Part shown: piece after piece, positions 1-9,219 of the stretch | Layout: each line of letters opens with the position of its first letter | Position numbering within the stretch: position 1 is the stretch's first letter | IMG/VR virus record: IMGVR_UViG_3300010354_000044 | Location: 96,001-160,000 of that record | Strand: one strand, 5' to 3' | Length of the DNA: 64,000 nt | DNA from: a virus | The notes under the pieces: model-generated | The model's input: only the letters and a program-made list of their open reading frames with translations | Database searches by the model: none | What the model was told of the DNA's origin: nothing | Translations under genes and position numbers: made by a program

Positions 1-147
1 ATACGGAAACTCATGAAGGGATCCTCCGACGAAGAGATAATGGATAGTATTCATGAAACTGCTGCTGAATACACACTTAACCGAAGGCAAATAAGGGTAC
101 GTGAAAACAGGACTAAAGGCGCACTTTGAATAACAGGACGGAAATTA

Positions 148-501
148 ATGGATTTTGAAAAATATGAAGAGTTATTTAAAACTCTTTCAAATCAATACAC
201 AGCGGCGTTGGAGAGGGACTTAGCCAGTCTGCATAATCAGAAAGTTAGGCTAAAGCAAGAACTGGAAGATATTGAGGCCGCGCTTAGAACATGCAAGTCT
301 GCCCGCAACAAAGGTATAATTACGGCTTCTAATGAGGTTCTCCAGACATTTAAGGAAGACGTTTTTAGGGAGTTGCCTGCTATTGGGAATCATGAAAATA
401 AAGAAGCCATATTTTTATCAGTTTGGGAGAAATGTGATAAAGATAAGGAGCGGACGTTTGAAGAATTAGAAGAGCTTTCCCGCCTGTTCTGTAGCACTTA
501 A
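148..501 (+). CDS. hypothetical protein, coiled-coil N-terminus
   Basis: 117-aa ORF with heptad-like L/E/K pattern. Confidence 0.6.
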   Translation: MDFEKYEELFKTLSNQYTAALERDLASLHNQKVRLKQELEDIEAALRTCKSARNKGIITASNEVLQTFKEDVFRELPAIGNHENKEAIFLSVWEKCDKDKERTFEELEELSRLFCST

Positions 502-511
502 CTGTTTGGCA

Positions 512-550
512 AATTTACGGGTCTTAATATTACAGAGAGGCCCGTAAATT
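512..550 (+). promoter_or_regulatory. intergenic stem-loop
   Basis: AATTTACGGGTCT ... AGGCCCGTAAATT inverted repeat between ORFs. Confidence 0.5.
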
Positions 551-575
551 CTTTAATAAGCCCAAGACTTGAAAA

Positions 576-899
576 GTGAAAAGAATGAAATACAGGATAT
601 TCTATAGCAATGCTCATGATGCCAAAGACAAAGGCTGGCAGAAGCAAGGCACCGTTGTAGAAATCAACAGCATGGGTGACTTAATAGCGCTGGCAGAAAG
701 CTTTAACAAAGAGGTCATCATAGGCAAAAACAACTTACCAGATTTTATTTATAATTATTGTCTGTGGGGCAAAGATAAGACCGAGTGGAAGCCTCTGCTA
801 GATGAAGACGATATTGAGTCTTATTATCTCTTAGAGATGCCAACAGAGGATTGGGTTAGTGATCAATGGATTGAAGTCTATAACGGTTATCGCGAATAG
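576..899 (+). CDS. hypothetical protein
   Basis: 107-aa ORF in the co-oriented gene run. Confidence 0.6.
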   Translation: MKRMKYRIFYSNAHDAKDKGWQKQGTVVEINSMGDLIALAESFNKEVIIGKNNLPDFIYNYCLWGKDKTEWKPLLDEDDIESYYLLEMPTEDWVSDQWIEVYNGYRE

Positions 900-917
900 C
901 ATTAGGAATTTACCGAT

Positions 918-1496
918 ATGAAAGATAATTTAAGCCCGGACGTAATTACTGCTGAGAAGAGCTTATGGCAAGTATTTATAGTCAGTACTGATTTACCGCG
1001 CGATCGTTTTGCCTTTGGAGCTACTGTAGTATTCTTCTTAGTACTTACGGTCTGCACCTTATTTGGCTATAAGTCACCACTACAAATACAAGCCGACTTA
1101 CTACTATGGGCGGGCAACGGTTTCCTATTTGGAGTAGGAGGACTAATCTTTGTAGTTACGGGTATTCTACTCACTGCATCTAGCAGTGAAAGTCTGTTAA
1201 TAGCCTTTTCGCAGGTTAAGCATAAAAAAAGTGGCCATAGCTACCTAAAGTATAACCTTGTGACGCTAATGTATGCAGCTATTGTATATTTAACCTTAGC
1301 CGTCATGTCATTCTTTATTTACGTTTTTGGTGGTTTTACTGTAGTGATAAGTAAGCTTATATATTTAGGCTTGCTAACCTTAATTTTTTACAGTTTAATG
1401 GTGTTAAAAACGTATATTTTTAATATATACGCAGTAATAATGGCTCGTGTTAGATTCGCTGTTGAGCTTCAGTTAGATAGCTCGGAAAATAATTAG
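918..1496 (+). CDS. integral membrane protein (~4 TM)
   Basis: Four long hydrophobic segments; AGGA SD-like sequence upstream. Confidence 0.7.
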   Translation: MKDNLSPDVITAEKSLWQVFIVSTDLPRDRFAFGATVVFFLVLTVCTLFGYKSPLQIQADLLLWAGNGFLFGVGGLIFVVTGILLTASSSESLLIAFSQVKHKKSGHSYLKYNLVTLMYAAIVYLTLAVMSFFIYVFGGFTVVISKLIYLGLLTLIFYSLMVLKTYIFNIYAVIMARVRFAVELQLDSSENN

Positions 1497-1505
1497 CTCA
1501 TTCGC

Positions 1506-1578
1506 CCAGGGTTGGCCGAGCGGATTAGGCAACGAACTCATAATTCGTTTTAGGCGGGTTCAACTCCTGCACCCTGGA
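1506..1578 (+). tRNA. trnI-CAT: tRNA with CAT anticodon, most likely Ile2 (lysidine) of cyanobacterial type
   Basis: Acceptor CCAGGGT/ACCCTGG, anticodon arm ACGAA-CTCATAA-TTCGT, T-loop GTTCAAC; no encoded CCA. Confidence 0.85.
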
Positions 1579-1582
1579 CTTC

Positions 1583-1658
1583 CCTCTGCTGGGCTAATTG
1601 GATAAGCCACCGCCCTTCTAAGGCGTTCACCATCCTGGTTCAAGTCCAGGGCAGAGGA
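1583..1658 (+). tRNA. trnR-TCT: tRNA-Arg(TCT)
   Basis: Acceptor CCTCTGC/GCAGAGG, anticodon loop CTTCTAA, T-loop GTTCAAG. Confidence 0.85.
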
Positions 1659-1685
1659 CTAATACATTAACCATACTGAATTACC

Positions 1686-1943
1686 ATGAATCCATCTATT
1701 GTTGCAGAACTTGATACGAAAGGGTTTATCATTTACAACGCGGATACCTTCTTCAGAGAAGGACATCATAATCTGACCCAAATTAGAATCGTCCGTGTCC
1801 GTTATAAAGCCTCGCAGGAACTGGCCTTTGTAACAATAGATGAAAGCGATTGGGAACGGTCATATATCGTTGGTGTTTACGATACTCGCAGACTAGCTAT
1901 ATCTTGCGGCAAAAAGATCGCTGATAATAGTTGTCTCACCTGA
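1686..1943 (+). CDS. hypothetical protein
   Basis: 85-aa ORF. Confidence 0.55.
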   Translation: MNPSIVAELDTKGFIIYNADTFFREGHHNLTQIRIVRVRYKASQELAFVTIDESDWERSYIVGVYDTRRLAISCGKKIADNSCLT

Positions 1944-1977
1944 TCTCATTACAAAAGAAAAAGATCGCAATTGAGAG

Positions 1978-2280
1978 GTGTTTTCCATGTCTGAATCTTC
2001 AAAAGTTAACCCCTTGGAGCGGGGCCCTAAACCTCGCAAGACCACTGGTTTTGGGGCTGATTTTGTGCATCCGGTACTAGCCGCTTATGCGGCTGAAGGC
2101 AATCAAGAAGAGGGCTACGACATCAGCTTCTACATGCCTGAGGGTCCGCATATACACCCTGAATATAAGGAGGGTGGTCAGGAGAGTAAGAGCGCCGACA
2201 TAAGCGAGTATATGCCTGAGGGCCCGCACGTTTTCAAAGATCCTGGTGTCGTAGAGGATGAAGAGCACGTGGATTGCTAG
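1978..2280 (+). CDS. acidic low-complexity protein with duplicated DISxYMPEGPH motif
   Basis: Internal repeat DISFYMPEGPHI / DISEYMPEGPHV; GAGG SD suggests start at the downstream ATG. Confidence 0.65.
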   Translation: MFSMSESSKVNPLERGPKPRKTTGFGADFVHPVLAAYAAEGNQEEGYDISFYMPEGPHIHPEYKEGGQESKSADISEYMPEGPHVFKDPGVVEDEEHVDC

Positions 2281-2323
2281 CAGAAGTTAGACTCTCTGAA
2301 AACTGTTTAGAGTTGAGGTAATT

Positions 2324-2818
2324 ATGTCTTTACTAAAGTTTTATGTGGCTGGTCACGACCTGGACGCATGCCGTGTAATTGCGGCTAACTTACGGCTTAA
2401 AGGTTATGAAGTCGTATCTCGGTGGCTAGATGAGCCCATGCTTCCAACAAAGGAATACACCCCCGAAGAGAAAACACGCATTGCGACAATGGACATTGAA
2501 GATGTCCGTAGTTGCAACGTGCTTATAACTTTCTCCGCGGGCTTTAAGGTAGCTGGGGGTAAGTTCGTAGAAATAGGTGCAGCTATTATTCAAGGAAAGC
2601 CAGTCATTGCAATTGGTGGCGCGGATAGTATGTTGATGCACCACCCCTTAGTCCTCCATGTGGACACCTTCCAAGAAGCTATGGACTTAGTGGCTACTAA
2701 ATCGTTCTTGTCTAAAATAAATCAAGTGCCCGTAGAGCCTGAAGGGCCCATTTGCCAAGCTGATCTTACAAGTCCAGTCTACAAGGCCTATATGGAGGAG
2801 CGAGAGTATTTGATGTAA
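2324..2818 (+). CDS. nucleoside 2-deoxyribosyltransferase-like protein
   Basis: FYVAG...DIEDVRSCNVLI...GGKFVEIGAA...GKPVI motifs typical of the NDT/Rcl family. Confidence 0.8.
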   Translation: MSLLKFYVAGHDLDACRVIAANLRLKGYEVVSRWLDEPMLPTKEYTPEEKTRIATMDIEDVRSCNVLITFSAGFKVAGGKFVEIGAAIIQGKPVIAIGGADSMLMHHPLVLHVDTFQEAMDLVATKSFLSKINQVPVEPEGPICQADLTSPVYKAYMEEREYLM

Positions 2819-2869
2819 GCTGCTGATTGCCTTAAACCATTTCTATAAAACTACTGAGGAGGGTATACT

Positions 2870-3631
2870 ATGTCCATAAGAAAGAATGTTATTAAACTGC
2901 CGGAAGAAGCTGGATTGGCCATGATTCTTATTCCGGGCGGGACCTTTACTATGGGTTCGCCTAAGAGTGAGTTGGGGCATGAACGTGATGAAGAGCCTCA
3001 GCATATTGTTACCTTAGAGCCTTTCTTAATGGGAGAGCATTTAATTACGCAGCATCAATGGCGAGCTGTGGCCAGTCTACCCAAGGTAGAGCGAGAGTTG
3101 GATTCTAACCCCTCTAGATTTGAAAGGGGGAAGTTTGACGGTCATTACTGCCCTGTAGAGGGAGTGTCTTGGGATGATGCTGTAGAATTCTGTGCTCGTT
3201 TGTCCGCCCATAGCGGGCAACTTTATACCTTACCCAGCGAAGCTCAGTGGGAGTATGCTTGTCGGGCTGGTACTGAAAGCCCTTTCTATTTTGGCGATCT
3301 CCTGACTAATAAGGCTAACTACAATGAGTTCCATAAAGGGCCTACTGATGTTGGGAGCTTTCCCCCCAATGCTTTTGGCCTTTATGATATGCATGGTAAT
3401 GTCTGGGAGTGGTGCTTAGATACCGGGCACGACAACTATGAGGGAGCTCCGACTGATGGTAATGCTTGGTTGACTGGAGGGGATAGTTCCCGTCGTATAG
3501 TACGTGGTGGTTCTTGGACTGATGATCCTAGGGACTGTCGCTCTGCCTGTCGGCTCCGGGCCCGCCTTGATAAGCGTTCCGACGACTTTGGCTTTCGTAT
3601 TGTAAGTCCAGCGACTAGCACTCGGGGGTAA
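2870..3631 (+). CDS. FGE-sulfatase (C-type lectin fold) domain protein 1
   Basis: FTMGS, LPSEAQWEYACRAG, PNAFGLYDMHGNVWEWC, RGGSW...GFRIV. Confidence 0.93.
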   Translation: MSIRKNVIKLPEEAGLAMILIPGGTFTMGSPKSELGHERDEEPQHIVTLEPFLMGEHLITQHQWRAVASLPKVERELDSNPSRFERGKFDGHYCPVEGVSWDDAVEFCARLSAHSGQLYTLPSEAQWEYACRAGTESPFYFGDLLTNKANYNEFHKGPTDVGSFPPNAFGLYDMHGNVWEWCLDTGHDNYEGAPTDGNAWLTGGDSSRRIVRGGSWTDDPRDCRSACRLRARLDKRSDDFGFRIVSPATSTRG

Positions 3632-3641
3632 TATATGATTA

Positions 3642-3680
3642 CCCCTCCCCCACCCCACTGCTCCTAAAACCGGCAGACTG
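3642..3680 (+). repeat. C-tract/CGGCAG dispersed element, copy 1
   Basis: CCCCTCCCCCACCCCACTGCTCCTAAAACCGGCAGACTG. Confidence 0.75.
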
Positions 3681-3700
3681 ACCTTTATTTATTGACTAAC

Positions 3701-3856
3701 ATGGCTAACCAACAAGAGAAACTAGCTCGCTTGAAAGAGATTCAAGCCCGTATTCAAGAGCTAGAGAATGCTAACAGCAACTCTACAGAACTGGTACAAT
3801 TACGGGCAGAGAAAAATAAGTTGACGATTTCCCTGTACGGTTATATTGTCATTTAA
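3701..3856 (+). CDS. small coiled-coil protein (51 aa, not in ORF track)
   Basis: MANQQEKLARLKEIQARIQELENANS...; fills the intergenic gap. Confidence 0.55.
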   Translation: MANQQEKLARLKEIQARIQELENANSNSTELVQLRAEKNKLTISLYGYIVI

Positions 3857-3873
3857 CGCTCCAGAGGTAAATC

Positions 3874-4161
3874 TTGCATACCTATAGATTCCTCCAACAT
3901 ACTCTCGTCTTAATTACTTACACCTGGCGCTGCGACGGAGGATGTTGTAGTAATGAAGAGGTGGTTTCTGAATCTTTTGAGAAAGGTGATTTGCTCGCCC
4001 TATATCAGCATCAACAAGGTTACTACCATTACTTGTTAGTGGATCTTGATAGCCCTGAGCAAGCTAGTCGGTTTGAGTATATGGGAAAAGATGCTATTCC
4101 TCGTATACATGAAGAAGAGATACAGGAATTAATTTCGGATGGTATCTTATGCCTTGCCTAG
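3874..4161 (+). CDS. hypothetical protein
   Basis: 95-aa ORF with GAGG SD. Confidence 0.5.
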   Translation: MHTYRFLQHTLVLITYTWRCDGGCCSNEEVVSESFEKGDLLALYQHQQGYYHYLLVDLDSPEQASRFEYMGKDAIPRIHEEEIQELISDGILCLA

Positions 4162-4229
4162 ATTGCGCTATCTTTTTTCAATTCCTGCCCGTACGTCACG
4201 GGCATAGTCCAATTACTTGATGCAAAATA

Positions 4230-4781
4230 ATGCTACGCCACAACGGAAATTTCTGGCTAGCGGCCCTTGAGTCGCTAGCCTTTGTTTTAAACGCCCTGGT
4301 ATTAGGGCTGTATATTCTCATAGCTGTGACTACCCTAGTAGTCATGTTTTTGACATCTGCGAAAGCGCAGCGTTTTTATAAAACGGTTTGGTTGGCCATT
4401 CAATGGTCCGCCGAGCTAGTCTATTGGGTGAGTCTTCTAGGCCTACTAACGATTTACACTCGCCTACCCAAGGAAACCCAAAAAAAGGCTCCGCAGCCGG
4501 AAGTAGCTCAGATTACCATCCCTGAGGCCGCTAGTACAGAGGGTTTACCTGAGCCTGAGGCTGAGAATGTAAAGCACAGTCCTCAGCAGGATTCTCCTAA
4601 GGAAGAAGAAGAGCTAAGCTCTATAAGTCTTAAGGAGTTAAAAGCTCGCGCCCGAGCACTGAATGTTCCTAGGTACTCAAAGTACACTGCCTCTAACCGA
4701 ACGGAATTAGAAGAGTTGGTCTTTACTGCCCAACAAGAGTCGGCTTTATCCAGACCCACTTGCGTTGGGCAGCGTCTCTAG
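4230..4781 (+). CDS. membrane protein with C-terminal Rho-N/HeH-like motif
   Basis: Two TM segments; LSSISLKELKARARALNVPRYSK...ELEELV. Confidence 0.6.
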   Translation: MLRHNGNFWLAALESLAFVLNALVLGLYILIAVTTLVVMFLTSAKAQRFYKTVWLAIQWSAELVYWVSLLGLLTIYTRLPKETQKKAPQPEVAQITIPEAASTEGLPEPEAENVKHSPQQDSPKEEEELSSISLKELKARARALNVPRYSKYTASNRTELEELVFTAQQESALSRPTCVGQRL

Positions 4782-5673
4782 GGCCGACTACGGTTCTACG
4801 CCAGTGCCCGCGGCGCCAATGCGTCGTTGGGCTAGCATGGTGGCCTATACCTTTGACTGCTGTGCGCCGTTCTACTACTGATGGAGTACTTAGCCACCGG
4901 GGGGACAGTACCGTAGAAGCCTTTGCGGGTCTTCTATTAATGTGTGCCCGAGCTGTTCCTACAGGCTGCTCCATTAAATCAGGCCTGTAGGTTAGAGTTA
5001 GCATTACTTGGATGACAATGCTCCTAACCCGGTCCGTAAACAGCCGGTCGGCCTCATTCATAGCAGTTCTACCCAATGATCGCTTTGGCTGTAGGATAGC
5101 GCCGCTTTCGTCAATACCAGAGCCTCCAAACCAGGTTGTATCACTAGCGTCATACCCTCCCCAGTGGAGGTTAAATGGAGCGTTATCTTCGGCCTGCAGG
5201 TCAGGAAGCACATAGCCAAAGCCCTCTCCATGGCTCGCTTCCATATTATCTCGGGAGGTTAAATGGACCACAACCCAATCTAATGGGCTTTTATCTGGGC
5301 TGACCAGACTATTGCAAGGGAATAATAGTAAAAATGTAGGTATAGGTGGGTGTAGATCTGCAAGTAATCCCTTGTCTACTGAGACGTCTGTGTGGTCAAA
5401 TGCCTGGAACAATTCTGTTTTGAGTGCATAGATGGGGGCCGCCTGCAGGAACCATAAAGCCAGGCGGTTGTTCACAAGATAGGTCGCCTGGTCTATTGTC
5501 TGCCGAGCTGTTGATTCATCCCGGTACATGGCCAGGCCGCTCCCCACCGCTGCACTTAACCTATTCCATTGGGTATAGCCCCGTGGAATCTTATAGGGCC
5601 TATGTTCGCGCACAAGGGCAATCTCGTTGGGTGCGAACTCGTGTTCTAAAAAGTTTAACGTCTCTGATCTCAT
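4723..5673 (-). CDS. conserved phage hypothetical with C-terminal SPxxHWRRGHWR...WxxP motif
   Basis: 316-aa ORF, AGGAGG-like context; motif recurrent in phage proteins, function unknown. Confidence 0.7.
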   Translation of the reverse strand: MRSETLNFLEHEFAPNEIALVREHRPYKIPRGYTQWNRLSAAVGSGLAMYRDESTARQTIDQATYLVNNRLALWFLQAAPIYALKTELFQAFDHTDVSVDKGLLADLHPPIPTFLLLFPCNSLVSPDKSPLDWVVVHLTSRDNMEASHGEGFGYVLPDLQAEDNAPFNLHWGGYDASDTTWFGGSGIDESGAILQPKRSLGRTAMNEADRLFTDRVRSIVIQVMLTLTYRPDLMEQPVGTARAHINRRPAKASTVLSPRWLSTPSVVERRTAVKGIGHHASPTTHWRRGHWRRTVVGPRDAAQRKWVWIKPTLVGQ

Positions 5674-5688
5674 GATTAGGAGGATCTA

Positions 5689-5964
5689 ATGAGGGCAATT
5701 ATAGTCTATCGGCATGGAGAGCCTTGGGAAGTATTTAAGAACTTTGCCGATGCTGCTGTTTATGTTAACAGTCAACAGAGGACTGGATTTGAGGATGTAG
5801 AAGAGCGAGTGGAGCCTTCCGAGTATAGAACAGACATGGTATGCATAGAAGGTCACGAAACTTATGGTATGGCCTCGCATTACTTCGAGTACAGAGATTG
5901 GATGGACAAAGAAAACGCCAATAACCTGTCTGAAGGACAATCTCTTACCAACATCATAGACTAA
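5689..5964 (+). CDS. hypothetical protein
   Basis: Strong AGGAGG SD upstream. Confidence 0.65.
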   Translation: MRAIIVYRHGEPWEVFKNFADAAVYVNSQQRTGFEDVEERVEPSEYRTDMVCIEGHETYGMASHYFEYRDWMDKENANNLSEGQSLTNIID

Positions 5965-6079
5965 TTGCCTGCAGCTTGCCTGTAATTAAGTAGCAGTTAT
6001 GCGACTATACCAGCCTAATTGTTACAACATTGCATGCAAGCTGCAGGCAAACCGTACTGTCAAATTTGAAAGGTTTTAT

Positions 6080-6214
6080 ATGCGCTGGATTTTAACTATT
6101 TTACTCAGCAGTAGTTTGATGCTACTCGCCGCTTGCGACGAACCGAACCGAGATGTTGCCCCTTCAGGCATGTGCTCCGTTAATGAAGAGCATACAAAGG
6201 GTTGCGCCGAATAG
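6080..6214 (+). CDS. small lipoprotein
   Basis: MRWILTILLSSSLMLLAA-C signal peptide II/lipobox. Confidence 0.6.
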   Translation: MRWILTILLSSSLMLLAACDEPNRDVAPSGMCSVNEEHTKGCAE

Positions 6215-6264
6215 ATTGCAAAGCAACCACTAATCTAAGCTATTATTAAATTAGTGGTTGTCGC

Positions 6265-6336
6265 GCCGCTGTAGCTCAACGGCAGAGCACCCGCCTTGTA
6301 AGCGGGGGGTTCTGGGTTCAAATCCCAGTAGCGGCT
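6265..6336 (+). tRNA. trnT-TGT: tRNA-Thr(TGT)
   Basis: GCCGCTG/TAGCGGC acceptor, CCCGC-CTTGTAA-GCGGG anticodon arm, GTTCAAATC. Confidence 0.92.
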
Positions 6337-6361
6337 TTGTCCACAAATTTAAGGTATTGAA

Positions 6362-6694
6362 ATGACTTACACAGATTTTGACCGTGCTGCTGAACTCAGC
6401 GGTGATTTATCGGACGAAATGGCTGCTAAAGCAATTGCGGAAGCTGAATTAGAGCCTTGCTCTTGTTGTAACTGCACTAATGCTACCGTTTTTAGCCTCT
6501 ATGACGTTGTGCGGTATCCAGAATATGGCAAGGACGAGGGCGAAATTCATGCTATTGATGGAAATAAATGCGAGGTCTTTTGGCCCCGCAGGGGACTTAA
6601 AGAGCCTCATATTGAGTGGGTCGCTTCCTCTAAATTACAGTTCATTAGGAAGCCTAGAGACCCATACGAATGGATTAATAAATACTGGTTTTAG
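6362..6694 (+). CDS. hypothetical protein (Cys cluster plus SH3-like barrel)
   Basis: CSCCNC followed by a DVVRY...GEIHAI...CEVFW beta-rich segment. Confidence 0.55.
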   Translation: MTYTDFDRAAELSGDLSDEMAAKAIAEAELEPCSCCNCTNATVFSLYDVVRYPEYGKDEGEIHAIDGNKCEVFWPRRGLKEPHIEWVASSKLQFIRKPRDPYEWINKYWF

Positions 6695-6781
6695 GACTGA
6701 GTATCTCCGCTGGCTATAGTTTGTACCATCCAAAGTATGAGCTGTAGCCACCGTTCAAGCTATTAATAAAGGTATTTTCTT

Positions 6782-6994
6782 ATGATTAAATGGGTTGGTT
6801 TGACTGCTTTTGTTGATAAGGAAGCAGTAGGCTGTGTTATGAACGTCAGCAATACATCATCTGCATCTTCTTGGGGTTACAGCTTCAAGCATAAAAATGC
6901 AGAGTTCTACGATAGCGGGTTTAGGTCAGAGGATAAAGCTAAGGAAGCATTTAAAGCAGCATTTAAGGCGGTCAGTCATGCGCCAGTTAAGTAA
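6782..6994 (+). CDS. hypothetical protein
   Basis: 70-aa ORF with AAGG SD. Confidence 0.55.
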   Translation: MIKWVGLTAFVDKEAVGCVMNVSNTSSASSWGYSFKHKNAEFYDSGFRSEDKAKEAFKAAFKAVSHAPVK

Positions 6995-7241
6995 AGCATT
7001 TAAATCACGGTTGGCAAAGTTTATCTACCGTTTACTTCTAGAAGGTGCAGAAATATCGCTTCCAGATGGCGACTATATACTAAAGCATAATGCGGCCTGG
7101 TTTACTTTAGGTACTGGAAGCCCGTACCCTATCTCTGTCCGCATCAGACTAGACGAGGATGTTTTCCGCGTAGATGTCTACAAATACCTAGAAGAGGGTG
7201 AGGACCCTATTCTATCCTACGACGGGACGATTGAATATTAA
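6978..7241 (+). CDS. hypothetical protein
   Basis: Probable start at MRQLSK overlapping the previous gene. Confidence 0.5.
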   Translation: MRQLSKAFKSRLAKFIYRLLLEGAEISLPDGDYILKHNAAWFTLGTGSPYPISVRIRLDEDVFRVDVYKYLEEGEDPILSYDGTIEY

Positions 7242-7254
7242 ACCGAGGTTTATT

Positions 7255-7518
7255 ATGACTTTTGAAGAGTTCAAGACTACTATCCAGAACCATGGCTTCC
7301 CTGCAGATTCTGGTCACTATAATAAATTTATACGCTTCTACGTATTTACAATCTACCCTGAGAAAATGGAGGATTTTGAGTTATTCCGTATTTTCTTTGA
7401 AAAGAACGAGTGGCGCGTATCCTCAAAGAAGCATGGACAGGATAAAAAGGAAACCCGTGAGCAGGAACTGCATAAAGCTTTAGAGGGGCATTATTGTACA
7501 CTGTTCGGCCTAAATTAA
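7255..7518 (+). CDS. hypothetical protein
   Basis: GAGG SD before MTFEEF. Confidence 0.55.
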   Translation: MTFEEFKTTIQNHGFPADSGHYNKFIRFYVFTIYPEKMEDFELFRIFFEKNEWRVSSKKHGQDKKETREQELHKALEGHYCTLFGLN

Positions 7519-7533
7519 TTTGGTGTTGTAGCT

Positions 7534-7869
7534 ATGGTTAAAATTACGTTGCAGCAGAATTTAGAAATGATTAAGAAAATCAGAGAATTGATAACTGGGC
7601 GCAGCGCCCTTGAAAGAGTCGTAACAGCAATTGACAGATTAGTTAGTGACTCAATGCTTGCCGGTAATTATGATCGCATACAAACTGGCGTACCCGAGGT
7701 TGCCAAAGGGCTAGATGCTGAGGATTACTCGTTGCTGTTGCGTGTCCTTAAGTATAAAATCCAAAGAGATAAAGCTCCAGCAGCTGCGCCCTTTTATGAA
7801 GAAGCACTTAAGTGCGCTATTGCATCCCGCCTTGATTATTTTGTTCTAGAGGATAGAGCTAATGGTTGA
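7534..7869 (+). CDS. hypothetical protein
   Basis: 111-aa ORF overlapping the next gene. Confidence 0.55.
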   Translation: MVKITLQQNLEMIKKIRELITGRSALERVVTAIDRLVSDSMLAGNYDRIQTGVPEVAKGLDAEDYSLLLRVLKYKIQRDKAPAAAPFYEEALKCAIASRLDYFVLEDRANG

Positions 7870-8887
7870 CTCCCAACAAAATGATAGTCGGTATCCGTAT
7901 ACCTACGCTTGGGACTACTTACGCGGTATCTGCGAAGGGAGTGTGTCAAGATCGGACGTCGCTAAAATAATGGAATTCTTAAGCGAGCTCTTGGGGAATG
8001 CCCTAAATCTCTCACCCAGCGAATTAGCTGAAGAGCTGGCAATTAAGATAGCTGACTATGCGCAGGCAAATCCTCATGACCCGCAAGTACTCGTAGACAA
8101 TGCTTCGCGGCGCCTCAATAAACCCACGATTACTGAAAAGGCCGATTCTATACAACCGGTGCCTGAAGTAATCACCATTAACCTACCAGGCGGGGTAGAG
8201 TTGGAAATGGTCGCTATTCCAGAAGGGAGTTTTCTCATGGGCTCCCCTGATGATGAACTAGGGCGTAGTAAAGACGAAGGTCCGCAGCATCAGGTGACTA
8301 TAGCTACCTTCCTAATGGGTAAATACCCTGTTACGCAGGCGCAGTGGCGTGCGGTAGCCGATCTGCCCCAGGTGGAATATTATCTGAATCCAGAGCCATC
8401 AAATTTTAAGGACGATAAATGCCCAGTTGAACAAATTACCTGGCATGAAGCTTTGGAATTTTGTGCTCGGTTATCCAAACTAACCGGTAAACCCTACACC
8501 CTCCCCAGTGAAGCCCAGTGGGAGTATGCTTGCCGGGCCGGTACCGCTACCCCATTTTACTTTGGCGAGACCCTTACCACTGACCTAGCTAATTACGATG
8601 GTGATTACATCTATGAACTCACCGAGGTGGGTAGTTTTCCTCCCAATGCCTTTGGCCTTTACGATATGCACGGCAATGTGTTTGAGTGGTGTTTAGATGT
8701 ATGGCATGAAACTTATGACGGTGCCCCGGTTGACGGAACTGCTTGGGTGACAGACGGGGACAGTTCCATTCGTGTACATCGTGGCGGTTCTTGGGACGAC
8801 GAACCTGGGAACTGTCGCTCCGCCTATCGGAGCAACGACTGGTCCTACAGCCGTGAGGCTTTTACCGGCTTTCGTATTGTGGTGTAA
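7862..8887 (+). CDS. FGE-sulfatase/CLec domain protein 2 with N-terminal RYPYTYA domain
   Basis: Same FGE motifs as 2870..3631; extra ~100-aa N-terminal region. Confidence 0.93.
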   Translation: MVDSQQNDSRYPYTYAWDYLRGICEGSVSRSDVAKIMEFLSELLGNALNLSPSELAEELAIKIADYAQANPHDPQVLVDNASRRLNKPTITEKADSIQPVPEVITINLPGGVELEMVAIPEGSFLMGSPDDELGRSKDEGPQHQVTIATFLMGKYPVTQAQWRAVADLPQVEYYLNPEPSNFKDDKCPVEQITWHEALEFCARLSKLTGKPYTLPSEAQWEYACRAGTATPFYFGETLTTDLANYDGDYIYELTEVGSFPPNAFGLYDMHGNVFEWCLDVWHETYDGAPVDGTAWVTDGDSSIRVHRGGSWDDEPGNCRSAYRSNDWSYSREAFTGFRIVV

Positions 8888-8960
8888 TGCCCAGGGTGTT
8901 ATTTAGACCAAGCAAAATATTGCGTCTTTGTTTTACCTCAACCCTTAGGAGGATTAAATA

Positions 8961-9167
8961 GTGAATCTAGAGTTACCCCATCTGGCGCTATACCGTGCGA
9001 TCAAGGGTAATTTGACGTACTGGTTAGCGCCGGGGGCTAACTTACCAACAGTAGGAGTACTGATGGAGGTTAGGCAGCGGTGGGAAATGCTTAAGCCCTA
9101 CGTCATTAACAAAAACCATAGAGCAATAGATAATGGCTTGGCTTTGGTGGAGCGTCAATTAAAATAG
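8961..9167 (+). CDS. hypothetical protein
   Basis: AGGAGG SD, GTG start. Confidence 0.55.
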   Translation: MNLELPHLALYRAIKGNLTYWLAPGANLPTVGVLMEVRQRWEMLKPYVINKNHRAIDNGLALVERQLK

Positions 9168-9219
9168 CGGCTCTTGGCATAAGCGAAGAGACATAACACT
9201 ACACAGAATAGGAATAATT

